Assembly (NCBI GenBank): GCA_976226885.1
Contig: OZ320321.1
Span: forward strand, 60,326,001 to 60,390,000
DNA: 64,000 bases
Direction of reading: 5' to 3'
Origin: Iphione sp. A-MEVVRFRX5
Lineage: Eukaryota
The translations under genes were made by a program, and so were the position numbers. Of the stretch, positions 13,475 to 25,876 are shown one piece after another. Position 1 is the stretch's first letter. Each line of letters begins with the position of its first letter. Below the pieces are notes generated by a model. That model was not told the DNA's origin. It made no database searches and saw only the letters and a program-made list of their open reading frames with translations.

Positions 13475-14745
13475 CTGCATGGATAACACAGCACAGTATG
13501 AGCAACATGTTCCAGTAAAATGATTGCGTTGCATCTGACTTTGATAAGCTTTCTCTGGTAACAAATATCACTGAACATGTTAACTACTGCTGATGACTAA
13601 CTTGTTCCGTAAGACTTCATGAGAACACTAGCTTATATTGGGTTAGTTTCATTACTGATTAAACCAACATTTGCGTTTTGCGCATGCAAACATTCCAGAT
13701 TTCATAAAACACCGCATTCGTTATATTATTTACTTATTTATTAATTACACGCAAATCAGAACACAAAGCACGAACAATTTGGGGGTAGATTCAAATTAAC
13801 TTTACAACATTCTATATGCATGATAAAAGGATGCACTAGGAGACTACCTTTCATATTAATGTCATGGTGGGCTTCACTAATCTCTTCTCCATCATATGAA
13901 TCACAATTACTGGATACGAAATACAAGGAGGATAAAATAATTGGAGGAAAAAAACCCCGAAGATTCAAATGAAGCTTGTGCGATTGCAAACGGTGGTCAG
14001 GTGAAGGGACATCAGAGTGCAACTGAGCAGGTGAAAACCCCAGGAGATGATAATCTTTCCCAGAATAGGTGGAAAGAAAAAAAAAACCAAGAGGAAAGTA
14101 GAATCGGGAAAAAATAATTTGAAGATTTGAAAAAAAAACTATACCAATGCCACATTTCAATAACAGTACACCAAAAAATACCCCCCCCCCCAATCACATT
14201 TTTGATTCAGTGGAAACCAGGTTTCACGTAATATGGATTTCCGTAGCGAGATAGTTGTGTGCAGGCAGGCCTCTGCTAACCAGGCCGTTCATCAAAGATT
14301 CCCTTTTAGCTAAACCTATTGACTTCTGAACCTTGTTTTCACCTAACTGATGCCAGAATCTGATGCTTGGTTGGCCCGGAAGGGTACGAGGACATACCAT
14401 AATTCAAGTTGAAGGCCTTGTTACGAAAAAAAAAGGGGGAGGGGGGAGGGGGGGGAGCAGTCGCACGAGGATCTGAGAGTTACATACAACGATATCAATA
14501 CTGGACGCTAATACAGCTTCAGTCACTAAACGGGGAATATTCCAAAACATATAGCAACCGTTTGTGGTAGGAGACGGAGGAGGAGGAAGAGGAGGCGCAG
14601 AAGGAAGGGGGGAGGGTCAAAGTTGTTCTCAATCTCACAGTGTTCGGTATTTATTTGCAACAAAACTATTTACAATGGGACTTTAAAAAGACGGGATTTT
14701 CTTTAACACGGAAAAAAATCTGTAAAAATTAAAATGTTTAAATAC

Positions 14746-14852
14746 CTGACCCTGTTGTTTCACGCTTGATAATTTGAATCTCCATATGTTTGATTTTTAT
14801 TCGCACAAGGAGAAAATAGATCTTCCCCACTATAACATCTTTCAAATGATAC
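14746..14852 (-). CDS. VPS26: VPS26 exon 6b (107 nt, putative mutually exclusive exon)
   Basis: ttttttatacag|G TAT CAT TTG... = YHLKDVIVGKIYFLLVRIKIKHMEIQIIKRETTGS(G), donor |gtattt. Open frame with correct phases. Confidence 0.93.
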
Positions 14853-15731
14853 CTGTATAAAAAAAACACGGGCAGAAAAGAGAGAAAAAGAGGCACTGGT
14901 TGAGTTCACTAGCTACGTCACGGTCTAAGTCAGCAGGCAGAACGGGAGGAGAAGTCCCATGAGGAGACTTCGCCGACCACGGAATACAGGGAAACGATCG
15001 GTCACGTCCTTAGTGGTTAGAGAGGCCAATTACGGCTCATTTCTGCTGCTTTAGGAGGGCTAACCGCCGAGTGAATCGAGCATCGCCGGGTGAATTAATA
15101 CTGTGCAAAGTCTTATACACTAGCTTGCCGCAATGTCCAAAACCACCGTGAAACATCACCGATTATTTCATTTTTTTCCAAATCATGATATTTAAAAAAA
15201 ACATATTAATAGAAAATAAGATGCATCTTGACATCCCGAAAGTAGACGCCCAGGCTGTGCATGCAATTTTTTTAAAGATCTATGTGACACGAGGCGTAGG
15301 TCAGTATGGCTAGAGGTGGTGAGCGGGAGGGGGCAGGAGAAGGAGGCGGCGGCGGCGGCGGGGGGAGGGGCAGCAGGGCCTGTGGAGTTTCAGTGAAGGC
15401 CGCCACCTCTCTCCCCGCCGTCCTCTATCCACGCACACAAGGACGGGACCCTGAAAAGGAAGCGCTTCTCTCTCTCTCTCTCTCTCTCATCTCTCACCGT
15501 GTCCAACCTGGAAACCTACCACACATCTATAATATCCCCCGTACATTTCCAACGGGCGGGAGGAAATGTACAGGAGAAGACGGGGAGGAACATATCAGAA
15601 CAACACGAACAGACCGAAAAAAAAAAAAAAATCAAAGCACAACATGGAGGACAGACGGGCAGTGAATCATAGCGGGCCTCATCGACATTGAAGAAGATGT
15701 TAATGAAGGGGTATTGTACTTGTCGTGTCAC

Positions 15732-15838
15732 CTGCTCCCGTCGACTCGCGCTTAACGATCGCCAGCTCCATGTATTTTATCTTTATTCGTACGAGGAGGA
15801 AGTAAATTTTGCCGACTATCACATCTTTCAAATGGTAT
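15732..15838 (-). CDS. VPS26: VPS26 exon 6a (107 nt, putative mutually exclusive exon)
   Basis: tttctgttgcag|A TAC CAT TTG... = YHLKDVIVGKIYFLLVRIKIKYMELAIVKRESTGA(G), donor |gtgaca. Open frame with correct phases. Confidence 0.93.
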
Positions 15839-16915
15839 CTGCAACAGAAAAGGCTCGGTGTTGACGGGGGCTTCTGCGCACACCGCAGCAGCGGCGGTGG
15901 GTCGGGCGGGATCCAGGCCCTGCTGGCTCGCCTACTACAGCAGCAGCAGCAGTGTTATGGTGTATTGTTTTCTCTCTCACACTTATGAATTAGATCATCC
16001 CGATGCCAGCGGTCGATTTCAAAGTTGTTTTTTTTTTGCTCCAGATGCGGATCAAAGTGACACACAGTCCAACACAGGTGCTTACGAGAACTCCGGGAGA
16101 GAGGCAGGCGAGAACAGGAAGAGTTTTACAGACACCAGATGGGTGGTGGTGAGGGGTTTTCCTTGGGGTGCAGTAAAAATTCAACACACTTTTCCTTTTA
16201 GAGACAAAAAAAAACTTTGGGATTACATTTACTGATATAAAAGTAATGAATTAATTCAAAAGTTATGCAAATAGTTCATACACATATGAATCAGGGCATA
16301 TATGACCAAAAATATCTATAAACAAACAGAAGGAAATAAAAAAAAACTGCTACTTCAAAATGTATGACAACCGAAGAAAAAGTTTACCAGTAACAAGTCA
16401 TGCATATAATTTTTGCCCCATAAAGATGTTTCTTTAGGACACAACCGGTAACGCTTACGTCTGTAAAGCACAGTACTAAATGAAGAAATTCTCGCCGGGT
16501 ACAATATCTGACGGTTAAAAATAAGCTACGCAAACCTAACAATGCCAGTTCTGTTCACTGATGATAATGCATTCATGCTATAGGAGCAGACGTTTGTAGC
16601 CGGCTGCACTGGGAAATGCGGTTTCCCGACCAGGGGGCAGCACCTCCTCTTATGGCCGCTACCTGACGGAGTCAAGAGGAGCATCCAAGATGGCGAGAGG
16701 GTTAAAAAAAAAAAAAAAAAAAAAAAGGCATCTACAAATGGCCGTTCATAGGCGGAACAAGACACTGGAAAGCTCGCTTGAGGCTTGAATGCACTGCCTA
16801 CTTTTTTTTTTCAACATGCACGACTGATGATTGCTGGACTAGGCAGTTCCGATGGCATTCTGACCACGGGCAAACATGCCTCCTGTAGCTACTGGCCGCA
16901 GCTGGCGGCCACCGC

Positions 16916-17198
16916 TAGCTTCTCTCTCTAGGCTAGTCAATGCCCGTGCTCTGCAGTAGCTTCACTCTAGGCTAGTCAATGCCCGTGCTCTGCCGTAGCT
17001 TCTCTCTCTAGGCTAGTCAATGCCCACACTATGCCGTAGCTTCTCTCTAGGCTAGTCAATGCCCGCGCTCTGCCATAGCTTCTCTCTCTAGGCTAGTCAA
17101 TGCCCACACTCTGCCGTAGCTTCTCTCTAGGCTAGTCAATGCCCGCGCTCTGCCGTAGCTTCTCTCTCTAGGCTAGTCAAGGCCCGCGTTCTGCCGTT
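16916..17198. repeat. Minisatellite, 38-40-nt unit, ~7 copies
   Basis: Unit TAGCTTCTCTCT(CT)AGGCTAGTCAATGCCCRYRCTCTGCCG. Confidence 0.95.
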
Positions 17199-17854
17199 CC
17201 CTGCTGTTGCGTATGTATACCGACCGTTGCCGAGCAGGCTAGAAAGGACGGGAGAGGTAGGGAGGAGGCGCACCTGGGCGAGAGGCCCCACACGTTGCAC
17301 AGGCGGCTCCCCCGTTTCGGCAAGCTTCCATTAAATAACAGGGAAACAAGAGACGGATTCCTGAAGGCCAACCGGTTGCCAGGGTGAACTGGGAGGAGGT
17401 GGAGAGAGGGCGACCAGGACACATCGTCGGCTTTTACAATCACAAGTGAACAACTTTTCATGTTCGTCCAATTCAAAAACAGCTTCCCGTTAGGACCACC
17501 TCCAACCGCATGAACTTTGCCCTTTTTGTCTCTCATCACATTCATTTAGTACTGTGCCAAAATAATACTGAAATAGCTATCACTCTTGCAGTGAATAGCA
17601 CTTGCTATAGTTTTTTTTTGGGGGGGCGGGGTAATGATATAAATGTATCCTGTAATTATAACAGAATATGTTATTAGTGAATGGAATAATATGTAAAGAC
17701 ATCGGCATCTCGTTGACATGATGCCTCCAAAGAAAGAAAATCAAAGTGGAACAACATGGAGGGCATCCCTCATCGAATACATCATCAATACAGATGTCTG
17801 AAGTGAAGAATACTGACAATGTACTTCATATACATGAACTCTGTCGTCACGTGG

Positions 17855-18460
17855 TACGTTCTATGAGATTCCCTTTTACCATATAGAGGTTAATGTACAT
17901 AGTTCTTGCAAATAATTCTACATGTACATGTTAAACAAGCAACCTAGGAGACGAGGTTGATAAAATGCATCCAAACAGTAGAAATGCAGTTACTGATATC
18001 AATAAATCATGACGTTGAAAGACAAGCAGTGAATAGTCAGGAATGGCAATACTGTTTTGTCACATAGTAAGTTCTGTGGGATTCCCTTTACTATATGGAG
18101 ATTAATGTATGTAGTTCTTGTATATAGTAGTACATGTACATGTAAAATGACGAACCTAGGAGACTAGGTTGATAAATGCTTCAAAACGGTAGAAATGTAG
18201 TTACTGACATCAATAAATTATGACGTTGAAAGACAAGCAGCGTATACATAGTCCGGAATAGCAATACTGTTTAATCATGTAGTAAGTTCTATGAGACTGC
18301 TTTTACCATTATAGAGATAATGAACGTATTTCTTGTATATAATGTTATATGTACATGTCAAATGGACCAACCTAGTGTCTGATACATTAAAACAGTAAAA
18401 ATACAGTTACTGATGATATTGATACGATAAGTAGTGTACAGTCGGGAACAGCAATGCCAA
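17855..18460. repeat. Diverged tandem repeat, ~213-nt unit, ~3 copies
   Basis: GTTCT(A/G)TG(A/G)GA...AACCTAG... recurs at 17858, 18071 and 18285; ATGACGTTGAAAGACAAGCAG is shared by the first two units. Confidence 0.9.
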
Positions 18461-18525
18461 ATCGATACTGATTTAAGTTGGACGCAACACGTAAAAGCAA
18501 CAGTGAAAAACCAGTGAAAACTTAC

Positions 18526-18690
18526 TTGGATTTGTTGTATTCAAACTCTATGTGCAAGCAATCCTCTATGCCCACCTCCATCTTTATGGAATTGTTCATG
18601 TCGGGGTATTGCGACAACGTGTGGACGATGATGTCCTGCTCCTTGACGACGTCACTTAGCCGCTTCACGATCGTCACGCGCAGGAAGTAT
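18526..18690 (-). CDS. VPS26: VPS26 exon 5 (165 nt)
   Basis: YFLRVTIVKRLSDVVKEQDIIVHTLSQYPDMNNSIKMEVGIEDCLHIEFEYNKS(K); cag| and |gtaag junctions. Confidence 0.97.
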
Positions 18691-19678
18691 CTGTCAGACA
18701 CCAAGAGGACTGTGTCTGATACATCCAACAACCCCAGCTCTGATCACAAACATTTACGGGCAGAAGAACATCCCCCCACCCCCGCCTTACGTTCAACCCA
18801 TGGGAAATTCATACAAAAGACGTGTGTGACTGCCCTGTGACTGTGACTGGCCAATGCCCATAGGTATCGCACCTCAACTTAGAGACAATACCAAACATGC
18901 ACATATCTGACTGTTTATATTTTTAGAGACAGCACATGAAGATCAGGCCTTCCCAAACGGGTTTCAGTTGACATATCATAGCAACCATGTAAGGTGGTCT
19001 TGCCATGGGTACTTAGTTTTCGTAGTGATGGTTCCAGATCCGAAAAGTACGCATGAATATGCAAGACACCGAACAGGCATTTCCACTCATGTAATGAATA
19101 CAATAGACAGAGAATCCTCTAGGGATGGAAAGAACTAATTTGGTATGTTATGTATGAAACATGCACCATGCACACATATCCAGACGCAGGAGAACCAGTA
19201 CCCAAGCGATCAACACATATTTCACATCCCATGGAGCATAAAATACACACAGATGAGTAAGGTACATTAGAATACAGTCTTTTATTTCACACACTCCTGG
19301 AACTGTGTCCGGATTCGTAAAATTAGTGGGTTACAAGAACTTACAGTAATGTGTGACCTTGACTTTGTTACCCTCCCTCTTTTAAAACGGCTGCCGGAAG
19401 TCGGCTGCAAGTAGATCTGTCATGCAGTTCCTTCCCTTTGTTAACAAAGTAAGTTATTTTTTGTATATTTGCCCTTCACAGAAGCCTTTTCAGAAGAACT
19501 TGCTTTACAAAACCCTAACTATCTATTAAAATTCAGCAATAAGAAAAAGAATTTGGGAAATGAGCACTATTTTCTTCAGTAGGCGCAGTGATACACTCCT
19601 ACTATCTGGGTCACTATCACTCCCACTCCTACTATCTGGGTCACTGCCACAGTCACTCTCAGCTGTGAGTGTCAGCGC

Positions 19679-19711
<33 letters not shown>

Positions 19712-19724
19712 GTGTGTGTGTGTG
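19679..19724. repeat. (TG)n microsatellite
   Basis: Direct reading. Confidence 0.95.
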
Positions 19725-19753
19725 CACAGCCAGTGCAAGCGCCGAAGGCGCTT

Positions 19754-19894
19754 GTACCAGTATAAGGACACAGGTGTCTGACTGAGATACAGCCCAGTGG
19801 CACCACCACAGTCAGCCAAAGAACCAAGATGGCTGACTGTGGTGGCGCCACTGGGCTGTATCTCAGGGAGACACCTAGTGTCCTGTGCTGGTAC
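19754..19894. repeat. Long inverted repeat / hairpin in VPS26 intron 4
   Basis: Arms 19782-19818 and 19830-19866 are reverse complements at 36/37 nt with an 11-nt loop. Imperfect pairing extends out to 19754 and 19894. Confidence 0.95.
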
Positions 19895-20115
19895 TAAAGT
19901 AGGCACGCATGGAAAGACTGCCTAAGTAGCATACATACTCTAAGAGCATTATATGGGTTTATGGAGAGGTGCATGTGGCTTGTCTCTTATATATATACCT
20001 CTATTTATAATAGAAAAAAAGTCAAAACATCTTCAAGTCCTTCTTTCCCCAGTGGAAAAAACACTGCCCGTGTCTGGCAGGAGAGCCTCTTTCACGAGCA
20101 GCTCGTCTAACTCAC

Positions 20116-20272
20116 CTTAGTCGGACGTTAGCACCCGTATACGACTCGTAAGGCTTCTCAACTTGGTTGAACTCGAACTCATAGCTGGTGTTTTGCGTCA
20201 GTTCGCCGGGCCGGGCCAGCTCCTTGACGAGCGATGTGAATTCGTGGTGGTTACCACGGTCGTAGTACAATT
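20116..20272 (-). CDS. VPS26: VPS26 exon 4 (157 nt)
   Basis: (E)LYYDRGNHHEFTSLVKELARPGELTQNTSYEFEFNQVEKPYESYTGANVRL(R); cag| and |gtgag junctions. Confidence 0.97.
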
Positions 20273-22231
20273 CTGTGGAGGCAGGCCCAAAGACATCAGT
20301 TCTTACTGTCAACACTCGTTTGTTATGGCATGAAATGGACTGGCAACAAACCCTGTATAGCTTGCGAACTTCATATGTTGGATAACAGATGACAGATTAA
20401 ACTCACAAAAATAAATTGGTCCGGTAACAGTTAACACACAAAAAAAACCAAAATTCTTAAATCTCAAGCTGAAATTACATTCACGAAAACAAGGTAAATG
20501 TTCTGCAAGTGCATGTCATGAATAGTTGTCGCCAACCAAAGCGTGAAAAACATGGTCAGGGAGTTCAGCGTTACATCCTATTTCACTTAGAAATGTTTTT
20601 TTTGACAAGATAAAAACCGTAAAAAAGGAGTGTTGCCTTAACGTGGTTGTTACTGACAAATACCGTGAGGCATACGTGGGCAACAAGATAGTGACAGTGG
20701 ACAAGACACCCAAACCGGTGGATGCAGACAGTGCATGCTTTGCTGAAAACGAAAACCTACGGGGGTAAGTCGTAAAAAAGTGAATTTTAATCTTCCTGCA
20801 TACGCAATCTTGTATATATATATACTGGCAAGCCTGAGAATATAATCTTCAGAGATAATGTACGTGTGTGCGTGTACCGGAAGCGGAAGACGCACGGGAC
20901 GAATGTCAGCCTCCCCATCAAAAAGCCTGTTAGTTTCCTGATTTCTGGTTGTTGTTTTTTTTCTATATGAGTACGTTACAAGCAATCTTGCCCCTTCATA
21001 TAGCTAAATGACAGCTGGTGAGATGCTCCGCCTTAACGCACCATTTTAGTGGTTATGGATGCAGACATCACACAACGAATCAGAGTCAGAAGTTTTAGTT
21101 CCTGTTTGTGCCAGGTAAAAATTAACTTTTAGCGAGTGTTTGTCTTAACAGGGTCAATCGAGGTCAATTTCAATTCTCCCTTGACTTAATAAAGAGCATA
21201 TATTGTTGGCATCGATTTTAAGTCATGGCCCTCTTGCTGTATCTAAATGTCTGTCAGGGATGTTTAGGAAACCTGACGTTCGCTTCTCCCTTCCCATTCT
21301 ATCTCTCAGTCAGTTACTATCTTGTCCGAGACACAGCGTGATCGTTAACGGGTCTGCAGTTCTGTCACCGACATTAAATAATAAAAAAAAAAAACACCAG
21401 TAGGTACAGATGAGTACAGTTTATTCAGCCGAAAGAAACCGTCGCAAATTTGTAGGATGCTGTCCAGTTTTCAGTTTCCGTCAGGTTGAGGCGCATAAAA
21501 ACATAATTCTCAGGCCAGCATTACTCAAATCTTGTTAGCTCAAACCGGCGAACAGAATTAGTGTATCGGTCTTGGAGTATGTTTAATGCACTTGGACTCC
21601 TAAAGTGAGTGTGGCATATGAAGGTATTGAGGGCAGAATGACTGGAGGGCGGGGTACCCATTGCCAAGCAAGACCAGCGAGGAGGAGGAAGAGGAGGAGG
21701 AGTGGGAAGAGGAGAATGCCTTTGTTCTACAGTTGAAAGATGTAAATACAAAAGCTCACCACAGGTGCCTCCTAGACACGAATACCAGCCCGTAATAATG
21801 AGGTAGTATTAGCCAGGTGGTGCACATAAAGGGGAGTCGGATAGGCAAACTCTACATGTTTCATCGTTACAATAGTCTCTTCTGAGTCCGAATGCTCCAT
21901 TGCAATATGTGAGCCTACAGAATCCAGCAGATGGACTACTACGGTAAGAACAACCGGTGCTGGGTTATTCGGGGATGGACGCACATTCATTACTTTACTA
22001 CTACGTCAAGTCTTCGGGGGTGGTTGCGCATTTTAAATGAACTGTTTCTGTTCTGGTGTATTCTACAGGATGGACAAGCCACAACGAGACAAGCCCTTGC
22101 CAGCAATTAACAAAATATCAAATAAAAATCTTTACAAAAAACAAAGTTTACAATCACGATGGAATGATGTCTGAAGGTATGATTTGAAACGAACTGTAGT
22201 GGCATTGTTCTGTAGTTGACGGTGTTCTTAC

Positions 22232-22307
22232 CTATTTGTCCTATGAATTCTATTTTAATTCCTTGGTGCTCTAACTTTGTGCCGGCTTTCCGTAATGTGA
22301 TATTTAC
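22232..22307 (-). CDS. VPS26: VPS26 exon 3 (76 nt)
   Basis: VNITLRKAGTKLEHQGIKIEFIGQI; cag| and |gtaag junctions. Confidence 0.97.
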
Positions 22308-22574
22308 CTGAAATACAAAGCAAAAAGTCACATATGTATCTCACTGTACAGATCACACGTGCATAATTTCTGTAGTACATTTCCAAAGATTCTTAGTATT
22401 CTTTTAAAAAGAAAATCAAAAACACATAAATCTCTTCGATCTTTCTTCCAATTACTAGTGATAAGTTGATGGTGGAAGTGTGTCATCAGAAATCTAACTT
22501 GGAGGCATAGTTGCCATCATGTGGGGTAGAGCTGGGAGCACACTGGTATAACCCTTGCCCCTGTCCCTCACACA

Positions 22575-22830
22575 GAGGGTGAAGTAGGGAGTGCAGCGGG
22601 ACATGACCAGCCCTTGTCCCTAGGATGAAGAGTGGAGTATGGAGTGCAGTGGGACATGTCCAGCCGCTGTCCCTAGCATGAAGAGTGGAGCAGGGAGTGC
22701 AGTGGGTCATGACCAGCCACCATCCCTAGCAAGAAGAGTGGAGTAGGGAGTACAGTGGGACATGTCCAGGTACCACCCCTAGCATGAAGAGTGGAGTAGG
22801 GAGTGCAGTGGGACACGACCCTAGCATGCA
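22575..22830. repeat. Minisatellite, ~53-nt unit, ~5 copies, near the exon 2 donor
   Basis: Unit CCCTAGCATGAAGAGTGGAGTAGGGAGTGCAGTGGGACATG... Confidence 0.9.
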
Positions 22831-22862
22831 GAGGGTCCATGCACGGGTCGACTAGGACCTAC

Positions 22863-23006
22863 TTTGCCTGAGACGGTCTCGCCGTCGTAGTAGAGGTAAT
22901 GGCGCTCCTTCTTGCCGTCCTCCGCCTTGATCTCGGCCGTCTTCCGCGTGTCCTGGCCATCGAGCACAATGTCCACGTCGGCGCTCTGGCCGAACCCAAA
23001 GAAACT
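22863..23006 (-). CDS. VPS26: VPS26 exon 2 (144 nt)
   Basis: ttggcag|SFFGFGQSADVDIVLDGQDTRKTAEIKAEDGKKERHYLYYDGETVSGK|gtaggt, a VPS26B-like N-terminus lacking only the Met. Confidence 0.96.
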
Positions 23007-25020
23007 CTGCCAACACACAAGAGGTACACGGAAGGTTAGCATCACCGATGACACGTCAACAATAGATCCTCAGTAGCTCCGTTCTGTTTTACAAGCAGCT
23101 TGCAAAGTGACCAAATGGTGTATTTAAGCCAATCATACTTCAAATTATGAGTTGTAATGTTTTCTCCTGATATATTTTTGCTCCACAATCGATTCTCACC
23201 GACAAAATGGGACTCTCACAGAATACAACCAGAGGCTTGTACTGTTTCTTCATTAATGTCTCAACACAACTGGGATCCTGAATGGGTTAAAGGTTATCAG
23301 TAATACCTACGGAGGTGGAGTTTACTACACAATACCCAGTGCTTGGAGGGACACTGCCTACAGACTTTCTTTCACTGGCTGCCATTGGCTCACATCAAGA
23401 CTAAATTCTATTTTTTTTTAAAATCTACACATGTACATATACATAAACGCAAATAGCTTGAAATTTTGAGACACGCAGAACAAAAGAATACCAAAACACT
23501 GTTGAAATTTTGAATTCTGAAGTCACACTTTAAACCACAAAAGGCGGTGAAAAAATTATTTGGGTTAGAACATATCCTTTTCCGTACTTCTGAAAATAAG
23601 TGATTATACATGTACTGCCTCACATTCAGTCAAGTGTCTAGCACTCACTATACACATATACAGTATGTACATCAAATTTCATGAGTCCAGCTTTATTAGT
23701 CCAAGAGGAAGAAAAATTTACCAAAATCACTCTTTTCGCTAATATCTCCCCCTAAAAGAATTAATTTAATGTTAATCAAATAAACTTACTGTCTAACGTT
23801 AACCACTAAAGATGTACACCAAATTTTAAGGGTAGACGCCTCGCAATTCCAGAGTATCTAGTGGTACAAGGGCCCATGATTTACGAACACAACATTGCAA
23901 AACTTTTTCTCAAGTCAGTTGACAAGAAGGATTAATAACTGTCATTTGCCAAATGGGAATCTTTATAACTGATATTTCGATATAAATTACTGATAATACA
24001 GAAATCACCTGACATGCATAACGCAAACCTGTCCGCCCACGTTGGGAATGCGTTTTTTTCCCACTTCAGAAAACACGCTCCCTTTAAGTGACACATCACT
24101 ACTACCTGCTGTTAGGCCATGCACACTTCTGCTTGGGCCACGCCATCAGGGGAAGGGGAAGGGGGCTGGGTAGATCGACTGTTGTTTGACTTTTAAGCGC
24201 CATGCCCATGCTGCCTAAACGCTACACACGTCCGGGGCGTTCCAGAGCAGTTAGTTTAGTGGCTCTTCGCATTCTTCCTCCGGCCACACGATCAATAAGC
24301 ATGCATCATCCATGTTGGGTTCAAGTCAATTAAGAGGTAACCACAAAGTGGACGACCGAGAGAGAGAGACGCACACACTGCCTCCGGTGGGGCGGGCCGC
24401 CCGACCAGACTCCTGTCTAAATATTAGGCCAGCGACGGAAACAGCTGCAGCAAAGACATCGCATCGGATCCAGCCCCAGCCACGAGCGTCCGACACTTGC
24501 CGGGCCAGCCCATGTTGTCATTCACTTCTCCAGGGGGAAAGAGACTTTTCGACGTTCTTTATTTTTTTTTTGTGCCCTCCGCTTGGTTCTGCCCGCGGCA
24601 GCCATGCTAGCCTAGTAAAACAGTCCTGCCACCAGGCGGCGCACAGCGGTTGTTTGTTGAGCAAACGGGAACAGCCGGTGACTGTTTACCTTCTAAATGT
24701 TTTATCTCTCTCCTCCTGTTCTTGGGCTCCACCTCCCATGTCCCCCCCCCCCACCAGTCCCTTAACAACCACTGCCGCCGTCTTTCCAAGGTGGCTGGCC
24801 ATGGTTGGCCATGTGTGTTGTGGCATCGCCACTAAGGTAGGGATTGCTCCTCTCAATCAGAGGCGCTCTGTCCCCTTCCTCTTCCCCCCCCCCCCCCCCC
24901 TTTCTACTTACATTACCAGACGCACGGACTCAATCAGGTCTTCACCAGTTGTACAATGCTTAAACATGTGGTATCGCAGTATTATAGACAACGCCATTTA
25001 GACAAATGTTATAGCAAATA

Positions 25021-25876
25021 CAGGAGAAACTCGCTTTGCGACCCTCTCACTTTGCGACCAAATCGACTATTGCGACCATTTTGGTTCGGAACGAAATTAT
25101 TTTTAGTACATTTCCTATGTTAGAGGAACTCACTTTGCGACCATATTGCTTTCCGACCATATTCAGCCTCCGACCACACCTCCTAGGGTCGTTTTCAATA
25201 TAATTTCTTATCACTTTGCGACCATCACCCTGGAGGGGTGAGGCCGAGAGTGGTCGCGGGCGTCAACTTTGATGTTACTCACACCGTGGAGGGGTTGGCC
25301 TGGGTGGTCGCGGGCGTCAACGGCGACGTCTTTGATGGTCTCTCACCCTGGAGGGGTGAGGCCGAGAGTGGTCGCGGGCGTCAACTTCAACGACTTTGAT
25401 GGTCTCTCACACCGTGGAGGGGTTGGCCGGGGTGGTCGCGGGCGTCAACGGCGACGTCTTTGATGGTCTCTCACCTTGGAGAGGGTCGGCCTAGAGTGGT
25501 CGGGGGTGTAGGGGGCGACCTCTCTGATGTTCTCTCACCCTGGAGGGGTGAGGCCGAGTGTGGTGGCGGGCGTCAACGGCGACCTCTCTGATCTCTCACC
25601 TCTTTGAGTCACTTTAAGTCATCAAATTCAGCACTTTTTGGACTTAAAGTCATCAAATCCAGCACTTTTTGGACTTTTAGTCATCAAATTCAGCACTTTT
25701 TGGACCTAAAGTCATCAAATTCAGCACTTTTTGGACGTTTCATATGTTAATAGAGAGAGAGAGAAAGGGATATGATTTCAAGCCCAGACCCCATCCACAA
25801 TCACTTTGCGACCATATTCGCTATTACGACCATTTTGGGCCGGCCCAAGTGCTGGTCGCAAAGCGAGTTTTTCCTG
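25021..25876. mobile_element. Non-autonomous Tc1/mariner-type element (TA TSD) with internal tandem arrays
   Basis: TIR CAGGAGAAACTCGCTTTGCGACC vs CAGGAAAAACTCGCTTTGCGACC (22/23), TA on both flanks. Internal ~65-nt repeats (25225-25600) and four 31-nt repeats (25616-25737). Confidence 0.9.

Noticed and set aside
16833-16863. TGATGA...CTGA as a C/D snoRNA (similar cases at 26118-26174 and 14208-14296)
   Set aside because: Antisense to the host gene, too short, or lacking a terminal stem and recognisable guide.
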